From Salpingoeca rosetta (Eukaryota > Protista > Choanoflagellata), in the NCBI GenBank assembly GCA_033442325.1, contig JAWQFM010000032.1:446112-510111 (forward strand): a DNA stretch of 64,000 bases, given 5' to 3'. The position numbers and the translations under genes were made by a program. Shown here piece by piece: positions 59,361 through 64,000 of this stretch. Below the pieces are notes generated by a model. That model was not told where the DNA came from. It saw only the letters and a program-made list of their open reading frames with translations, and did not search any database. Position 1 is the stretch's first letter. Each line of letters opens with the position of its first letter.

Positions 59361-62253
59361 GCTACCACTGGGACCTGCCATCGAAACAAGCACGTGCACG
59401 TGTGCATGTGCATGTGCGTGTGGGTGCTTGCGCTTGTGCGGAAGCAGTCCGCGTTTGTTGATTCAACGTGCTTAAACCTCTCCACCCGCGGAAGCGTGCG
59501 TTCTGATCCTGTCTTATTCACATCACGGTGTCCTTTTCTTGCACGTGCGCACACATCTGCCAGGCACCGTCCACGGTGGCGCCGGAGTGTCTGTCCACCA
59601 TCTCTGAACAGCAAGCGGCGGTCGTGTCCACCATGCAATCTGTCAAGGCGGACATTCTCGCCGCCTCCAGCTCGGACACGCGCGCAGAGGACCTCAAGGC
59701 CGCTCAACAGGTGCCCGTATGTGTATGTGTGTGCATGCTTGAATGTACGCTCGTCAGTGCCTTTCTGTGTGTATGTGTGTTTTGAGTGCGTGCATTTCAG
59801 TCTGAGGTCTGCTTTGGATGTCACGCGCTCTTTGCTGACAACACAACACCCCCCCCCCCAACACACACACACACATTTCCACCACCCTCCCACATGTACA
59901 GGCGCTTGTGCCCGCGTGCGAAGAGGTGTTCAGCTGCATCGACCGGTTTCTGAAGGACGAGGACAAGACGAGCAAGTCGGTTATCGCCGCCATCGCTGCC
60001 ATCGATGACGCCCTCGCTCCCCTCACCACCCAACCCGTCACCGCTCTCGTACGTGCCGTGTTGTTGTGTGTGCGTGTGTGCGTGTGTATGTAGTGCCTGT
60101 GTGTATGTGTATGTGCGTGTCTGTGTGTGTGTGTGTGTGAGTGTACGTGTCTGTGTATGAAAGAAAGTATGCGTGTGTGTACGTGTACGCGCACACACAT
60201 GGGTGCGTGTCACAGCGTGGTTTGGATCCAGTTTGTGAGTATGGTGACGTGGTGTGAAGGCAGTGCTGTGATCTGCACTGACAGCCCCATCTGTGTGCTG
60301 CGCCGTGCTCTGTGCAGGGTTTGACCGCTGGTGGTGACGACGAAAAGAAGCAGGGCACCGATGCCATTGCATTCATCACCGAGGTGCGTGGGCATCCCAT
60401 GCATGCATGCACCCGTTACGTGCACGTGCACGTGCGCCCATATCATCATTGTGATGGCTACTTGTGCAACTCGTACACGCTTCTCACCCGTCGTCAACCC
60501 ACGGTCGCCGTCGATCGTCAACACCGCCCCTGTGGCGTTCCCCTCCACACAACACAACACAACACAACACAACACAACACAACACAACATAAACAACACA
60601 CACACAACACAACACAACACAACACAACATAAACAACACACACACAACACAACACAACACAACACAACACAACACAACACAACACAACACAACACAACAC
60701 AACGGCAGCTTGTGTCTGCGCGCCACTGCATGCGGGCGGTTGCGAATGAGCTGCGGCCGGAGTCTGACGCGCCGACGGAACTCAACGATAAGATGGAGGA
60801 GATGTTCGATGTTGCCTTCTTCCTCGTCGACACGGCCCTCGCTTACAGCGCAAAGGACCCGCGCACTATCAAGCTCGTCGCCGGCTACAACAAGACCCTC
60901 GGCCTCAAGCTGCAGGTGTGTGCGTGTTGTTGTCGTAGCTGTTGTCGTTGTAGCTGTTGTCGTTGTAGCTGTTGTCGTTGTAGCTGTTGTTGTGTGCTTG
61001 GATGTGGACGTTCGCGTTGTCAAACCTCTTTTTCCCAGTTGACTTTGCGATTGCTCGCACTCCCCCCCCCCACGCCTTACCCTTTGCTCACATGACATTT
61101 CCACAACATCCCAAGCTCCCGACCCCCTATTTTCCCAACCGACACCTCCTTTCTCACCCCCTCCCCCCTCTCATTGTCCGTCAAACCACTGCAGACGAGC
61201 CACGGCACGCGCGGTATTCGCGTCGTTGGCACCGCCCTCAACTCACAGGCGCGGCGCACATGCAACGTGTACCCTGGCGACGCCGTGTGCAAAGTCAACG
61301 GTGTGGACGTGACGCAAGAGATGCACAACGAGGTGGTTCACCGCATCGCCGAGCACCAGGGGCCCATCGAGTTTGAGGTGCGCTGCTCTGTTTTGTTTGT
61401 GTTTTGTCTGTGTTTGTTTGTGTTTATTTGTGTTTGTTATGTTCGTTTGTGTTTGTTTTTGGTTGTTTGTTTGTGTTTGTTTGTGTTCGTTTGTGTTCGT
61501 TTGTGTTTGTTTGCTTGTGTGTACATGCAGTCCTGTATGCAGTCCTGTATGCAGTCCTGTATGCAGTCCTGTATGCCCCAAGACCACACGACACACCCTC
61601 ACGATCACTTCTGCCCTTCCCTCCTCCCACTCAACCCCAACCCCCGCACCCCCCCCCCTTCCTCATGCCACCACCCTCCCCACCCAAACATTGCACGCCC
61701 ACTCCCACTCCACAACCCCGCCCCCCCCCCCTTCTTTTACTCATTCAGCTTGCGCGGGACTTTCCGCCTGCGCGGCGGTACTTGACGCTGACCCGCTCCT
61801 CGGAGCTGGGCCTCGGGTTCCAACTCGTCTTGGATGGTGGACGGCCAAAGATCAAGGAGGTGTGGTGGTGGTGGTGGTGGTGGTGGTGATATCGTGGCGG
61901 TGCTGGTGGTTGCGAAGACGAGAGAGAGAGAGAGCGAGGAAGAAACGGAGCATGTGATGATGTGATGTGTGGCTGCGACGCGCGCCTTGCTGCAGTGGCG
62001 ACTGACTCACACCAGCCCACCCCCCCCCCTTCTTCTCACGCCCCCATGTCCTGTACATGCACGGCAGGTTGTTCCCAACTCGCCCGCCTTTGAGACCCAG
62101 CAGATGAAACCGGGCCAGTTCTTGCTCGAGGTGCACACCATGTGATTCTCTTGCTGTCGCTACATGCACTGTGCTTGCCGTTGGCTACCCTATTTGTTCT
62201 CTTCGCTACAGTCTCCTTTTCTTGCACACTCATGCACGCACGCACACACACAC

Positions 62254-62294
<41 letters not shown>

Positions 62295-62588
62295 CACGCA
62301 CGCACGCACACCTCAAGGTTGATGGTGAGACGACGGAGGGCATGAGCCTGCAGGAGGTGTCCAACATGCTGCGCACACGCACAGAGGTCAACATCTGTGT
62401 TGGGCCCTACCCGTCCGACACCACAGCTGCCGCTGGGAGCAAGGAATCCAACGTTGAGGTACGCAGCGTGATTGAGAGCGTCGAGGGTGGCTGCTGATGG
62501 AGGTTGCGAATGTGCTGCAATAGGTTCTGCGATGTCAAAGTTGTTCTTCGACACACATTTACACATTCATGCACCCTCTCTTACACAC

Positions 62589-62638
<50 letters not shown>

Positions 62639-62995
62639 CGCGCGGTTGAGCAAGGGGACGAGTTTGACACGGCAGCGGCTGTGCTGCAGTCGATCAGCGT
62701 GCCCCCGCCAGAATCAGAATCGCCCCCGGACTGCCGCACCGTCACGTTCAAGCGCAGCGAGGGCGTGCTCGGCATGCGCCTGAAGAGTCTTCAGAACAGG
62801 CCGGGCGTGTACATTGTCGGCTTTGTTGCAGACAGCCTCGCAGACAAGTGCCCCGAACTGCACGAAAGTACGTTGGAACGCTTGCGCAATGTATCGACCG
62901 TGGTGCCGATAATGTCGATGTCGCTGATCGTGAAGAGCGAAGAAGACAGCTGCAGTGTCCGTTTTATTCTTGAACTCACTCCCTCCTTGTGTACG

Positions 62996-63088
<93 letters not shown>

Positions 63089-63089
63089 G

Positions 63090-63138
<49 letters not shown>

Positions 63139-63750
63139 CAAACACACACACACACACACACACCAATGCAGACGACTACATTGTTGCGGTTGGCGGGCAG
63201 AATGTGGTTCAGGCGTCGCACGAGACGGTGGTGAACTTGATCAAGAACTACAAAGAGGACGAGATCAGCATCACGGTGAGCTCGTACGACCCGCTGGAGT
63301 GGGCGAACAAACGCAGGAGCACAGCAGGGGCAACTGAGGACGCCGTCCAGGCTGCAGCGACAGAGACGGCAACAACCGTGCTGGAACAGGCAGCAGGCGC
63401 TGCCAACACACCACCACCACAACAGCAGCAGCAGCAGTCTGGGGAGCAAAGTGGCGAACAGGATCTCCCGCGCCGCACAGTGACACTCAAGCGCACGGGG
63501 AAGGACACGCTTGGGCTGATGCTGACGGTGCAGCAGCCGAGTGGTTGCGTCGCCATCCTTGGCGCCGTGTCGGGCTCGCCTGCAGACGCTGCTGGGGTGA
63601 TGCCTGGCGAGGTGCTGTACAGTGTCAACGGCCAGCAGCTGCAGGGCATGCAGCATTCGGACGTGATTGACACGCTGCGCCAGACGGAAGGTGACGTTGT
63701 CATTGAACTCCAGGACCCGCCAGGTAACCGCACACAAGTGCTTGGCGCGC

Positions 63751-63846
<96 letters not shown>

Positions 63847-64000
63847 CTTCAATTCCTGCTACCCCCTCATCTCATTCTCTGGTTGCCCGCGCCCATTTGC
63901 CTGTCCTCTCCCCGGAAGTGCCGCCTGTGGACTATGTGCGGACAGTGAAACTGCACCGGGGGCGCGGCGAATCCCTTGGCCTCCGCCTCCAATCCCGCGG
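55055..64000 (+). CDS. Multi-PDZ scaffold protein with a long alpha-helical N-terminal region; truncated by the window end
   Basis: More than 20 GT-AG exons. PDZ1 KTLGLKLQ...[16 protein letters not shown]2 LGLGFQLV...NSPAF...[12 protein letters not shown]3 GVLGMRLK...[14 protein letters not shown]4 DTLGLMLT...[20 protein letters not shown], and the start of PDZ5 RGESLGLRL. Start at ATG 55055 or 55070. Confidence 0.92.
59184..59361. repeat. (GTT)n tract in a PDZ-gene intron
   Basis: Visible array in the 5' part of the intron. Confidence 0.9.
60547..60703. repeat. (ACACA)n pentanucleotide tract abutting a splice acceptor
   Basis: Visible array ending at ...acacaacggcag|CTTGTG. Confidence 0.9.

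Overview
Gene-dense eukaryotic DNA with short spliceosomal introns full of (GT)n/(CA)n microsatellites and two 100-N assembly gaps. The intron style, GC-rich polyQ exons and holozoan gene set suggest a choanoflagellate, most likely Salpingoeca rosetta or a relative (inference, no search run). Splicing exons by hand gives 12 protein-coding genes: a type I membrane protein running into the left gap, an ankyrin-repeat protein, a polyQ C2H2 zinc-finger factor, a Testin/Prickle-family PET-LIM protein, NAPRT, METAP2, an intronless Q/P-rich orphan, makorin, an ERICH3-like ciliary protein, a secreted TNFR-Cys-repeat protein with a PA14-like C-terminus, a xylose-reductase-like aldo-keto reductase, and a multi-PDZ scaffold truncated at the right edge. 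Most entries in the supplied ORF track are microsatellite translations. The strongest unexplained signals are: (1) a polarity of intronic repeats, GT after donors and complementary CA before acceptors, often with no polypyrimidine tract; (2) a candidate TNFR-repeat/PA14 lectin-adhesin; (3) a membrane protein with a basic DNA-binding-like tail; (4) a catalytic segment of METAP2 replaced by TATG repeats. All exon boundaries are manual predictions.
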